Of a stretch of 64,000 bases of DNA, positions 8,025-16,995 are shown piece after piece. A program made the position numbers and the translations under genes. Under the pieces are notes generated by a model. That model searched no databases and had not been told where the DNA came from. It saw nothing but the letters and a program-made list of their open reading frames with translations. The first letter of the stretch is position 1; every line of letters begins with the position of its first letter. The stretch comes from an archaeon. GTDB taxonomy: Archaea > Nanobdellota > Nanobdellia > Pacearchaeales > GW2011-AR1. Where the stretch lies: assembly GCA_018651925.1 (NCBI GenBank), contig JABIDC010000011.1:9064-73063 (forward strand), given 5' to 3'.

Positions 8025-9221
8025 TTATTCTTTGTTAAAAGAATCAAATTTTTTAAAGAAATCTTCCTTAGTATTTTTCTTATCTACTTCAGATAACCCA
8101 ATATGTTCTGCCATTTTCCAAAAAGTTTCAGGCTTATATCCTCTCTTTTTTAAAGAAATAACAGTTGGCAATCTAACGTCATCCCAACCAGAATAATTTC
8201 CTTTTTCAATTTCTTCTCTAAATTTAGAAGTGGATAAAACCATGTCTGTAAAATGATATCTTCCCAAATAACCAGCCCAAGGATATTTTTTATTAAAAAC
8301 TTCAAAAATCATTTCCTGCCTTTTTGCATTATCACGATGATCTTTTCCTCGAATAATATGTGTCATCCCCATTTCCATGTCATCAACACCAACAGATAAA
8401 TTCATCAAAGGCCAAACCCGATATTTCTTTTTTTGCCTTGGATGTTCTTCTAAATTGATTCTTGCTAAAGGAAAATCTCTTAATGCAGGATTTTTATTTT
8501 TCATATCAGACTTGAATCTTAATACAACTTCGCCAGGAGAATATCCTTTTTTATCCAACATCTTTTCCCATTTCAAAAGATTTTCTTTTTTGCTTGAACT
8601 TCTACAAGGACATTCTTTTTTTACTTTTGCAAACTCCCTAAATTCGTCTCCAGAACAAGAACACACATAAGCTTTTTCTTTTTCAATTAATTCTTTTGCA
8701 TATTTATAGTAAAGTTCCATTCTATCTGATTGGATAAAAAATTCAGCTTCCCCTTTGAATAAGAAATTTGTATCTTCTTTGATTAATTCATAAGAATCAG
8801 GCGAAATATTCTCTGGATTTGTATCTTCAACTCGAACAATCATTTTCCCCCCATATTTTTTAACATAATTATAACTCAATGAAGCAACAATTGCATGCAT
8901 TATATGTAAGGGTCCAGAAGCAGAAGGAGCAATACGCATAACAACTCCTTTTTCAGCATTAGGAAGCTCAGGCAAACCTTCCCGAATAACTCGGTGACCA
9001 ATTAAATCCTCCATTTTAGAAAATTCTTTTTTTTGCTCTTCAACAGATTTAGAATTAACTTCCGCTACAACAGAATTTAACTTTGGCATAAATTCTTTTA
9101 TCTCAGATTTCTCTAAACCTTCTGCAAAAAGCCCAGATAAAACATTTGCTGCTCTGGCAGAACCATCATTCTCCACAGCATTCTTCAAAACATATGCCCT
9201 AATTTTATTATCTTCAATCAT
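8025..9221 (-). CDS. gltX: Glutamyl-tRNA synthetase, archaeal/eukaryotic type, apparently lacking the C-terminal anticodon-binding domain
   Basis: It has the archaeal GluRS N-terminal helical domain (YVLKNAVENDGSARAANVLSGL) and a HIGH-type motif (PSASGPLHIMHA). Also present are the KMSKS-equivalent VLSTSKF and WDDVRLPTVISLKKRGYKPETF. The ORF stops about 25 aa after that. Confidence 0.8.
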   Translation of the reverse strand: MIEDNKIRAYVLKNAVENDGSARAANVLSGLFAEGLEKSEIKEFMPKLNSVVAEVNSKSVEEQKKEFSKMEDLIGHRVIREGLPELPNAEKGVVMRIAPSASGPLHIMHAIVASLSYNYVKKYGGKMIVRVEDTNPENISPDSYELIKEDTNFLFKGEAEFFIQSDRMELYYKYAKELIEKEKAYVCSCSGDEFREFAKVKKECPCRSSSKKENLLKWEKMLDKKGYSPGEVVLRFKSDMKNKNPALRDFPLARINLEEHPRQKKKYRVWPLMNLSVGVDDMEMGMTHIIRGKDHRDNAKRQEMIFEVFNKKYPWAGYLGRYHFTDMVLSTSKFREEIEKGNYSGWDDVRLPTVISLKKRGYKPETFWKMAEHIGLSEVDKKNTKEDFFKKFDSFNKE

Positions 9222-9251
9222 ACTAAAATCAAATAATTTAACTTTTTATAA

Positions 9252-9566
9252 TTAACTAGAATGTCTTCTTCTAGTTTCACGATTATGATTCAAAACCACT
9301 TCCCTCAATCCATCTTTTGTTTTCTTCCTTGCCCCCACAATTTTCCTTCCAATAAAAGAAATCCCAAATTCATCTTCTGGATTTTGATAGAGAATTTCTT
9401 CTACTTCAAAATAAACCTTTTTCCACCCATTAACATTAACCCCTTCAACATAGCCAGTAGATTTGAATTCAAAACTCTCATCACAATTTCCTCCAACCAT
9501 CACCGTGTACCTATTGCGATCTTCTTGGGAAATAAAAATTCTCATATTAGTTTTCATATAAAACAA
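9252..9566 (-). CDS. Hypothetical small protein
   Basis: This ORF competes with the antisense ORF 9261..9602. The minus-strand product has normal composition (MKTNMRIFISQEDRNRYTVMVGGNCDESFEFKSTGYVEGVNVNGWKKVYFEVEE...). The plus-strand product is low-complexity Phe/Ile/Ser-rich. Confidence 0.45.
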   Translation of the reverse strand: MFYMKTNMRIFISQEDRNRYTVMVGGNCDESFEFKSTGYVEGVNVNGWKKVYFEVEEILYQNPEDEFGISFIGRKIVGARKKTKDGLREVVLNHNRETRRRHSS

Positions 9567-9607
9567 TTCATCTTAACCTTTAAAAATAAACTTCTTCTTT
9601 AAGAGAT

Positions 9608-11341
9608 ATGAAAATCAGACAACCAATTGTAACAGTTTGTGGTCATGTAGACCATGGAAAAACAAGTATTTTAGATTGCCTTAGAAGCTCTTGCGTCCAA
9701 GAGGGGGAATCAGGAGGAATTACGCAAAAAATTTCTTTCACTTCTTATCCAATGAATCAATTAAAAGCAGCTTGTCCACTAATAGAAAAATCAGGAATTA
9801 AATTAGATATTCCAGGTTTCTTACTTATTGACACTCCGGGTCATGCAGCATTTACAAATTTAAGAAAACGAGGAGGAAGTTTAGCAGATTTAGCTGTTTT
9901 AGTAATTGATATTAATGATGGGATTAAACCTCAAACAGCAGAAGTAATTCAAATCCTAAAAATGAACCACACCCCATTTATTATTGCATTAAATAAAATT
10001 GATAATATTTCCGGATGGAGAACAAATAAAGAAATTCCTTTGCAAGAATCAATCGAATCTCAACCTCAAAATGTAAAACAAGTTTTTGACGAAAGATACA
10101 TGACCTTGGCAGGAAGTCTTCATTCACATGGTTTTGAATCAGATTTGTTTTATAATATAACAGATTTTACAAAGAAAATTGCCTTAGTTCCAACTTCAGC
10201 AAAAACAAAACAAGGAATCGCAGAATTAATTATGATGCTCTGTGGACTTTCTCAAAAATATTTAGGAAAAAAATTAGAATTAAATGAAGATGCAAAAGGA
10301 GTAATGTTAGAAATTAAAAAAACAAAATCAACTAATTATATTGAAGCAATTTTGCATGATGGAGAATTAAAGAAAACAGATGAAATTGCAGTTGCAAGCT
10401 TAGAAGGTGATCCAACCATTTCAAAAATAAGAATTTTAGAAGAAATAGAGCCCTTATGTGCAAGATTTAAACCAAAAGATAAAGTTCAAGCATCAACTGG
10501 CCTTCGAATGCAATTAATTTCCAAAGAAGAAATCTCTTCTGGTATGCCTTTTGAAATATATAGGGGAAATTTTGAAGAATTAAAAGAACGATTCAAAAAA
10601 GAAATGGCCGAAAGCATTAAAACCTCCACTCAAGGAATAATTGCAAAAGCGGATTCATTAGGAAGCTTAGAAGCATTATTGGTTTTATTAAAACAACAAA
10701 ATATTCCAGTGGTAAAAGCCGGTATCGGAAACATAAATAAAAAAGATGTAATTTCTGCAAAAGCAAATTTAGATATAAATGAACTAGATGCAATAATTGT
10801 TGGATTTAATGTAGAGAAAGAAGAAGATTTAGAGATTCATAAAAAAATTAAAATCTTAACAGATGATGTAGTCTACAAATTAATTGAAAATGTAACTGAT
10901 TTTAGAATTAAAAGAAAAAAAGACATAGAAAAGAAAAGATTGATGGGGTTAACAACAATTTGTAAATTAAAAATTCTTCCAGAATATGTTTTTAGAAATA
11001 CAAGTCCTGCAATTTTTGGAGTCCGAGTTGAAGGAGGAAAACTAACTTCAGACTTAAACATGATTGATAGTGATAATGAAAAAGTTGGAAGAATAAAAAA
11101 TATTCAAAAAGATAGAAAATCCGTTGGAGAGGCAATTGAAGGAGATGAATTAGCAATTTCTATCCCCGGAGTTAATTTTGAAAGACAACTAAAAGATAAG
11201 GAATATTTATTAACCGAGTTGGGAGAATCCCAATTTAAAGAGTTTAAGAAAAATAAGGATTTACTTTCTCAAAATGAAATTAAAATTTTACAAGGTATTG
11301 CAGAAATCAAACGAAGAGAACAACCTGAATGGGGAATGTAA
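9608..11341 (+). CDS. infB: Translation initiation factor aIF5B (IF2-type GTPase)
   Basis: Carries the G1 motif GHVDHGKTSILD, DTPGHAAF and NKID, with domain organisation and length typical of aIF5B. Confidence 0.92.
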   Translation: MKIRQPIVTVCGHVDHGKTSILDCLRSSCVQEGESGGITQKISFTSYPMNQLKAACPLIEKSGIKLDIPGFLLIDTPGHAAFTNLRKRGGSLADLAVLVIDINDGIKPQTAEVIQILKMNHTPFIIALNKIDNISGWRTNKEIPLQESIESQPQNVKQVFDERYMTLAGSLHSHGFESDLFYNITDFTKKIALVPTSAKTKQGIAELIMMLCGLSQKYLGKKLELNEDAKGVMLEIKKTKSTNYIEAILHDGELKKTDEIAVASLEGDPTISKIRILEEIEPLCARFKPKDKVQASTGLRMQLISKEEISSGMPFEIYRGNFEELKERFKKEMAESIKTSTQGIIAKADSLGSLEALLVLLKQQNIPVVKAGIGNINKKDVISAKANLDINELDAIIVGFNVEKEEDLEIHKKIKILTDDVVYKLIENVTDFRIKRKKDIEKKRLMGLTTICKLKILPEYVFRNTSPAIFGVRVEGGKLTSDLNMIDSDNEKVGRIKNIQKDRKSVGEAIEGDELAISIPGVNFERQLKDKEYLLTELGESQFKEFKKNKDLLSQNEIKILQGIAEIKRREQPEWGM

Positions 11342-11351
11342 TTAATTGAAA

Positions 11352-11741
11352 TTATTTATCTAACCTTTTAAGCGCCTTACCTAAATCATCTCTTTTGGCC
11401 TGAATTGATTCTCTTACTTCTGATTTAGTAACAATTAATGGTAATCTTCCAGCATCTCTTTCAATTTCAGAATACCTAAAACTTCTAAGTTCACTTGAAC
11501 CAATTTGGGGTTGATCATAAATAACATTTGTTTTGGGATCAGTAACCCAAGAATTTCCAATTCTCATCATAGAACTGCCAAACCTTGCCATAGCTTCTTC
11601 ATGACTTACAACTCTTCCAAACATTCGCTCAACACCATTAGCTTCATATCCAATCATTGTCGCCAAATTAATCCACTCCTCAGCAGCATAACATTCTCTT
11701 GTTTGAGCATTTCTAACTTGGTCTTTTGTTCTAATTGACAT
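11352..11741 (-). CDS. Hypothetical protein
   Basis: An intact ORF whose composition is less Lys/Asn/Ile-biased than its neighbours. I recognised no motif. It is preceded by a TATA box and the shared AAAGTAGTTACA element. Confidence 0.5.
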   Translation of the reverse strand: MSIRTKDQVRNAQTRECYAAEEWINLATMIGYEANGVERMFGRVVSHEEAMARFGSSMMRIGNSWVTDPKTNVIYDQPQIGSSELRSFRYSEIERDAGRLPLIVTKSEVRESIQAKRDDLGKALKRLDK

Positions 11742-11790
11742 ATTAAAATTTAAAAAATATTATTTATAAATTTTTAGGTTGTAACTACTT

Positions 11791-12156
11791 TTAAATAACT
11801 CTCATGTCAACTGTTGGAAGCATAGAATAAATGCGCTCCACATAACTTTCTGAAAATTCATCTTCACCTTCAACACTTAAAATATAATTTTTTCCATATT
11901 TGGGTCCACCTAATCCAAGGATAGCACTAATTTGATCGCATTCAAAAGATTCGGGACAATCAACTGTTCCCCCTTTCCCATCTGGAAAACTTTTAACTCC
12001 CGAGCCATCTTGAGTTAAAATTGGTCTTTCAACAGAATTCCTTTTACAAAAATCAGAAACCCTTACAGCAACTTTCTCACTAACCGGCTCTCTCAAAATA
12101 ACATCTGCCAAAGTCCTCCCATTTTCAATTCTTATTTCTGGAAAAGTTTCTTTCAT
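11791..12156 (-). CDS. Hypothetical protein
   Basis: An intact ORF with no recognised motif. It is preceded by a TATA box and the shared AAAGTAGTTACA element. Confidence 0.5.
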   Translation of the reverse strand: MKETFPEIRIENGRTLADVILREPVSEKVAVRVSDFCKRNSVERPILTQDGSGVKSFPDGKGGTVDCPESFECDQISAILGLGGPKYGKNYILSVEGEDEFSESYVERIYSMLPTVDMRVI

Positions 12157-12265
12157 AAAAAAACAAAAGCTCCAAAATATATAAATGTTCTTATTATGTA
12201 ACTACTTTAAAATAAATTAAATAAAATTCCATAATCTTTAAAAGGTAATTAATCTAGTAATAATC

Positions 12266-13111
12266 ATGAAAAAAGAAGTGTTACCAATAATTTTTGCGCT
12301 ATTTTTAATTTCAATAATTAGTGCAGAAACCTGTAATCTAGAAGTTTCTTTATTAAACCAAGATCCATACCCAGCAATTCCAGGGGAATATGTAGAAGTT
12401 GTTTTCCAAATTGAAGGAATTGCAAACGCAGAATGTGGCACAGTTTATTTTGAATTATTAGAAAATTACCCAATTCAATTTGATCCTAACACAAATGGAA
12501 GAGTAACAATAGAATCTGGAACTTACAAAAAAGATTTTAGTTCTTTTTTAATTGCACCATACAAAGTAAGAGTTGACGAAGATGCAATTGATGGAGACAC
12601 TCCAATTGAAGTTAGATTTAAACACAGTTTAAATGACGGCTACGAAGTAAAAGAATTTAATTTAAACATAGAAGATACAAAAGCAGATTTTGAAATCTAT
12701 GTTCAAGAATACGATCACTCAACAAAAGAAATAACTTTTGAAATTTTAAACATTGCAAAATCAGACATTTTATCTTTAACCGTTGAAATACCAAAACAAG
12801 ATAATTTGGAAATTATTGGATCAAAAACAAACATCGTAGGGGATTTAGACTCAAATGAATATACTACTGCAGATTTTAAAGCAAATCCCAGTGAAGGAGA
12901 AATAAAATTAAACCTTCTTTACACAGATTCGACTGGAACAAGGAGAAAAATAGAAAAAACAGTTTTATTTGAATCAGATTACTTTCAACCAGAATCAAAA
13001 GATGTGCCAGTTGTTACAATTCTTATTTGGTTAATTGTAATTGCATTAATTGTTTGGTTTTTCTATAGAAGAAATAAGAAGAAAAAATTATTACAACAAA
13101 AAAAGAAATAA
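12266..13111 (+). CDS. Exported COG1361/CARDB-like (S-layer-domain-like) protein with a C-terminal TM anchor
   Basis: Has a signal peptide. LLNQDPYPAIPGEYVEVVFQIEGIANAEC...YKVRVDEDAIDGDTPIEVRF follows the COG1361 pattern. A C-terminal TM helix is followed by RRNKKKK. It sits next to a MacB-type ABC transporter, as this family usually does. Confidence 0.6.
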   Translation: MKKEVLPIIFALFLISIISAETCNLEVSLLNQDPYPAIPGEYVEVVFQIEGIANAECGTVYFELLENYPIQFDPNTNGRVTIESGTYKKDFSSFLIAPYKVRVDEDAIDGDTPIEVRFKHSLNDGYEVKEFNLNIEDTKADFEIYVQEYDHSTKEITFEILNIAKSDILSLTVEIPKQDNLEIIGSKTNIVGDLDSNEYTTADFKANPSEGEIKLNLLYTDSTGTRRKIEKTVLFESDYFQPESKDVPVVTILIWLIVIALIVWFFYRRNKKKKLLQQKKK

Positions 13112-13154
13112 ATAATTCTTAATCTTTTTTTATTAAATTCCCTTAAAATTAATT

Positions 13155-14360
13155 CTATTCATATCTCAAAGCATCAACCGTATTTGTCTTAGATGCATTC
13201 CAAGCAGGAATTGCTCCACTAATTGCACCAGTTAAAACAGAAAATAAAATTAACAATCCAAATAACTCAAGGGCCAAATAAGGTTGTAAAAAAGCAAATC
13301 CTAATCCGGATAAAATTATTCCCCCAACATAACTAATTCCTGCACCCAAAATTACTCCGAAAATTCCAGCCACGAAACCTAAGAATGCCGACTCAAATAA
13401 GAAAATTCCAAAGATCTCTGAATTTCTTGCTCCAATTGCCTTCAAAACCCCAATTTCTTTGTATCTTTCTAAGACAGAAGTAATCATTGTATTTGCAGTA
13501 TTAACTGCAGAAACAAAAATAGAAATCAACGCAATTAAAAAAACAAATCCAATCACAATATTCAACACTTGAGAAAAAGATTCAATTAAGTCTACAAAAG
13601 ATTGAACAAAAAAATCCTCTTTACCTTCTTCTTGACCCCTTTCTTTCCTCAAATTTCTTTCAACTCGATCTACAATCAAATCAATTTTATCTGTATCCTC
13701 AACAACCCCAATAATCTCAACATAAGAATCAGCTTCGGGAAAAAAATCAACATAATATTCTTCGGTAATATAAAGCTGAGAATCATCTGTTGAGCTTCCA
13801 ACTTCACTAACAAATCCCACAATTTTCAAACTCTCTCCATTAACTTCAATATTATCATTAACCTTTAAACCATCTTCAAAAATCTTTCCAGGAATTTTAT
13901 AATTATATCCAGCTAAAACCTTTTTCTTTTCATTCTTTTGTAAATCTCTTCCTTCAATAACTTCAACTGTTTGTAACTCAAATAATAAATTATTATCCGG
14001 CTCATAAGAAACAAGGTAGACATATTTACTTTCCTGATTCTTTTCAATATTTACAACTCCAAAATAGACCCCCATTGCTTGAGAAACCCCCGCAGTTTTT
14101 TCTATTGTTTCTTTGTCTTCCTCATTTAAAATAAATGGGCTATCAAGATTAATTGCTCCCCCCCCTCCCATCACTAAAATCTTGTTTGCACTAGTTCCAG
14201 TCTTGTAATCTTCAATATAATCATAAAGCCCATAACCAAAACTCACAAAAATAAAAATTGTTGCAATTCCAACTAAAATTGAAAATACTGTTAAAAGATT
14301 CCTTGCTTTTCTATGCTTCATATTTCGAAGCGAATATTTTATACTTTCTGTTCCAATCAT
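13155..14360 (-). CDS. ABC transporter permease, MacB/FtsX type
   Basis: An N-terminal TM helix, a large extracytoplasmic domain and a C-terminal FtsX-type 3-TM bundle. Motifs include RKARNLLTVFSILVGIATI and ERYKEIGVLKAIGARNSEI. Confidence 0.85.
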   Translation of the reverse strand: MIGTESIKYSLRNMKHRKARNLLTVFSILVGIATIFIFVSFGYGLYDYIEDYKTGTSANKILVMGGGGAINLDSPFILNEEDKETIEKTAGVSQAMGVYFGVVNIEKNQESKYVYLVSYEPDNNLLFELQTVEVIEGRDLQKNEKKKVLAGYNYKIPGKIFEDGLKVNDNIEVNGESLKIVGFVSEVGSSTDDSQLYITEEYYVDFFPEADSYVEIIGVVEDTDKIDLIVDRVERNLRKERGQEEGKEDFFVQSFVDLIESFSQVLNIVIGFVFLIALISIFVSAVNTANTMITSVLERYKEIGVLKAIGARNSEIFGIFLFESAFLGFVAGIFGVILGAGISYVGGIILSGLGFAFLQPYLALELFGLLILFSVLTGAISGAIPAWNASKTNTVDALRYE

Positions 14361-14361
14361 C

Positions 14362-15582
14362 TTATCCTCGTAAAGCCGTTACCGGGTCCTCCTTTGATGC
14401 ATTCATTGCAGGAACAATCCCAGAAACCGCCCCAATTAAAAAACTACCAAGTAAAGCGAAAAAAATTAATCCAAAATTTAAACTGATTCCGATCTCTGAA
14501 CCAATCCAATTATTGATTGCCATCGTCCCCCCAAAACCAATCAAGGTTCCAAAAATAATTCCAACAATACCTCCAACTAATCCTAAAAGCCCAGATTCAA
14601 CAAAAAATTGGGAAAAAACATGTTCATTCCTAGCACCAATTGCTTTCATAATTCCAATCTCTTTTTTACGTTCAAGTACAGAAGTAGTCATAGTATTAAC
14701 AATTCCAATGGCACCAATAAAAACAGAAATTAATGCAACTATTACAATAAATGCCTGAACTCCCCCAATAACTCCATTAACAGTAGCTAAACTTGCTTCA
14801 GGAGTTGAGGCTTCAAAATCATCATCTTCTCCACGCTTAATATCCCTTCGTTTACGAAGAAGCTTTTCAATATCTTCAACAGTTCCATCCATATCTTTTT
14901 TGTTTACTGGCTGAACAAGGATTGCATTAACTTCATCCCCATAATCAAATAATTCTTCTAAATCTTTATCATTAAGATAAACAGCATTATCAAAAATCAA
15001 ACTTCCTTTTTTATCCGAAACTCCCACAACTTCAAAATCTTCATCTTGGATTAAAATAGTTTTTCCCGGGATAACTTCTTTTTCAAGTCCAACTTTGTCC
15101 ACATAAAAATTATATCCTAAAAAGACCTTTCCCACATCTGAATCTTTCAAGAATCTTCCACTAATTGGCTCTTGATCTAATTGTTCATAAATAAAATCTC
15201 TTGCTTCTCCGGAAGGGATATTTACAGCATAACCAAAAATTAATTTGTCATTATATTCTAACTTTCCATTTTCAATATTTCTTGCTACAGCAAGTTTCAC
15301 ACTACTTAGTCTTTGTATTGCTTCTAAATCTGCAGTAGTTAAGGGATTTACCACATTTGAACCGGGAGGTCCTTGCCCCGAAATACCCCCTGCTTGAACA
15401 GTAATAATTTCTGTATCACTAATTCCAAATTGGCTTGAAACTGCAAACTGTAATGCATTTCCCAAAGAAATCAAAGCGACAACCGCGGTAACCCCAATAA
15501 AAATTCCAAGAAGAGTAAGCCAACTTCTAGCTCCACGATGTTTTAAATTTTTTACTGCCAAAAAGAAATAATCTTGAATCAT
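14362..15582 (-). CDS. ABC transporter permease, MacB/FtsX type (paralogue)
   Basis: Same architecture as its neighbour, with HRGARSWLTLLGIFIGVTAVV and ERKKEIGIMKAIGARNEHV. It lies 1 nt upstream of the paralogue. Confidence 0.85.
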   Translation of the reverse strand: MIQDYFFLAVKNLKHRGARSWLTLLGIFIGVTAVVALISLGNALQFAVSSQFGISDTEIITVQAGGISGQGPPGSNVVNPLTTADLEAIQRLSSVKLAVARNIENGKLEYNDKLIFGYAVNIPSGEARDFIYEQLDQEPISGRFLKDSDVGKVFLGYNFYVDKVGLEKEVIPGKTILIQDEDFEVVGVSDKKGSLIFDNAVYLNDKDLEELFDYGDEVNAILVQPVNKKDMDGTVEDIEKLLRKRRDIKRGEDDDFEASTPEASLATVNGVIGGVQAFIVIVALISVFIGAIGIVNTMTTSVLERKKEIGIMKAIGARNEHVFSQFFVESGLLGLVGGIVGIIFGTLIGFGGTMAINNWIGSEIGISLNFGLIFFALLGSFLIGAVSGIVPAMNASKEDPVTALRG

Positions 15583-15655
15583 TATTTCCTTCCTTTCATT
15601 AATTTTTTTTCTTTATGCGAAACGACTATGTTCGGCGAGCATCCATGAAAAAAAT

Positions 15656-16405
15656 TCATTTTCCTTTCCTCATTAATTTTTTTTCTTCCTCAACAATTCC
15701 AAACCCATTTTTTTTATGAGTAACTTTTTCAACTTTACCATCTCTCATCCAATAAACTACACTCGCATGTTTTTGGGCTAACTCTGGCTCATGAGTAACC
15801 ATAATAATAGTTTTTCCTTCACGATTCAATTGTTCTAAGAATTCCATTACTTTTTCCCCAGTTTTTGTATCCAAATTTCCAGTTGGCTCATCTGCTAAAA
15901 TTACTTCTGGATCATTTGCCAAACTTCTAGCAATAGCAACTCTTTGCATTTGCCCCCCAGAAATTTCTGTGGGATAATGATCCATTCTATCTCCCAGATC
16001 AACTTTCTTTAATAATTCTTCAGCTTTAATTTCCCTTTCATAATCTGGAGTTCCCTGGAACATCATCGGCAACATAACATTTTCCTTGACAGTTAAATTG
16101 GGAATTAAATTAAATGATTGAAAAATAAAACCAATTTTCTTCCCACGAATTTGTGCCAAGTCTGACTCACTTAATTGAGAAATATCTTCTTTATCTAAAT
16201 AAATTTTTCCCTGAGTTGGGATATCCAAACTTCCAATTAAATTCATAGAAGTAGATTTACCAGAACCAGAAGGACCCATTACTGCAACAAACTCTCCTTC
16301 TTTAATTGAAATATTAACTCCATCAACAGCTTTTACAACACTTTCTCCCATATGATAGTGTTTTCGCACGTTCTTTAACTCAATAATTATCTCCCCTTTC
16401 ACCAT
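15656..16405 (-). CDS. ABC transporter ATP-binding protein (MacB/LolD-like)
   Basis: Carries Walker A GPSGSGKST, Q-loop, signature SGGQMQRVAIARSL, Walker B ILADEPTGNLD and H-loop VTHE. The ATG at 16405 (MVKGEIIIELKNV) is preferred, with a TATA box about 21 nt upstream. Confidence 0.92.
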   Translation of the reverse strand: MVKGEIIIELKNVRKHYHMGESVVKAVDGVNISIKEGEFVAVMGPSGSGKSTSMNLIGSLDIPTQGKIYLDKEDISQLSESDLAQIRGKKIGFIFQSFNLIPNLTVKENVMLPMMFQGTPDYEREIKAEELLKKVDLGDRMDHYPTEISGGQMQRVAIARSLANDPEVILADEPTGNLDTKTGEKVMEFLEQLNREGKTIIMVTHEPELAQKHASVVYWMRDGKVEKVTHKKNGFGIVEEEKKLMRKGK

Positions 16406-16486
16406 AGAGAAAATAAACTTATTTCGTATATAAATATTTGGAAAAGTTATCAAAACCTTTAAAAACTAAATTCAATGTTATTCATT
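16406..16486. promoter_or_regulatory. Divergent promoter region (ABC ATPase / rps6e) with two TATA-like boxes
   Basis: On the minus strand, TTTATATA (16427..16434) lies about 21 nt before the ATG at 16405. On the plus strand, TTTAAAAA (about 16458..16465) lies about 22 nt before the ATG at 16487. The spacing suggests leaderless or very short-leader mRNAs. Confidence 0.4.
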
Positions 16487-16933
16487 ATGGTATTAAAGAT
16501 TAACATCTCAGAAAAATCAGGCAAAACATACAAATTCGAATCTGAAGAACAATTACTTTTAGAAAAAGAACTTGGAGGAAAGATTGAAGGTTCAGAAATT
16601 ACTCCAGATTTAAGCGGATATGAATTTGAAATTACTGGAGCAAGCGACAAATCAGGATTTACTTCTTTCTTAAATGTTGAAGGAATTGGAATAAAGAAAC
16701 TTCTTTTAACATATGGTAAAGGGATGCATAAAAAACCAAAGGGAGAAAAAAAGAAAGGTTCAAGACCAAAAGGACTTAGAAAAAGAAAAACTGTTCGAGG
16801 AAAAATAATTTCTGAACACACAAGACAAATTAATTTAAAATTAATCAAAGAAGGCGGAAAGAAATTATCTGAAGTTTTCCCAGAACAAAACAAAGCTCCT
16901 GAAACAACCCCTGTTGAACCAAAAGCAGAATAG
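16487..16933 (+). CDS. rps6e: 30S ribosomal protein S6e (eS6)
   Basis: MVLKINISEKSGKTYKFE...ITGASDKSGFTSFLNVEGIGIKKLLLTYG...RKRKTVRG has the S6e pattern. The antisense ORF 16459..16956 is rejected. Confidence 0.85.
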   Translation: MVLKINISEKSGKTYKFESEEQLLLEKELGGKIEGSEITPDLSGYEFEITGASDKSGFTSFLNVEGIGIKKLLLTYGKGMHKKPKGEKKKGSRPKGLRKRKTVRGKIISEHTRQINLKLIKEGGKKLSEVFPEQNKAPETTPVEPKAE

Positions 16934-16995
16934 TTATTATTTCTCAGTAACAACATAATAGAAACATTTATAAAACTAAAATTTCTAAAATTAAT

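Noticed and set aside
9261-9602. 113-aa plus-strand ORF competing with 9252..9566
   Set aside because: The product is Phe/Ile/Ser/Pro low-complexity sequence. The minus-strand alternative looks like a real small protein, though neither is certain.
14258-14758. 166-aa plus-strand ORF spanning the junction of the two ABC permease genes
   Set aside because: It is antisense to two well-supported FtsX-type permeases and has no independent motif.
16459-16956. 165-aa minus-strand ORF
   Set aside because: It is fully antisense to rps6e, which has the clear eS6 signature.
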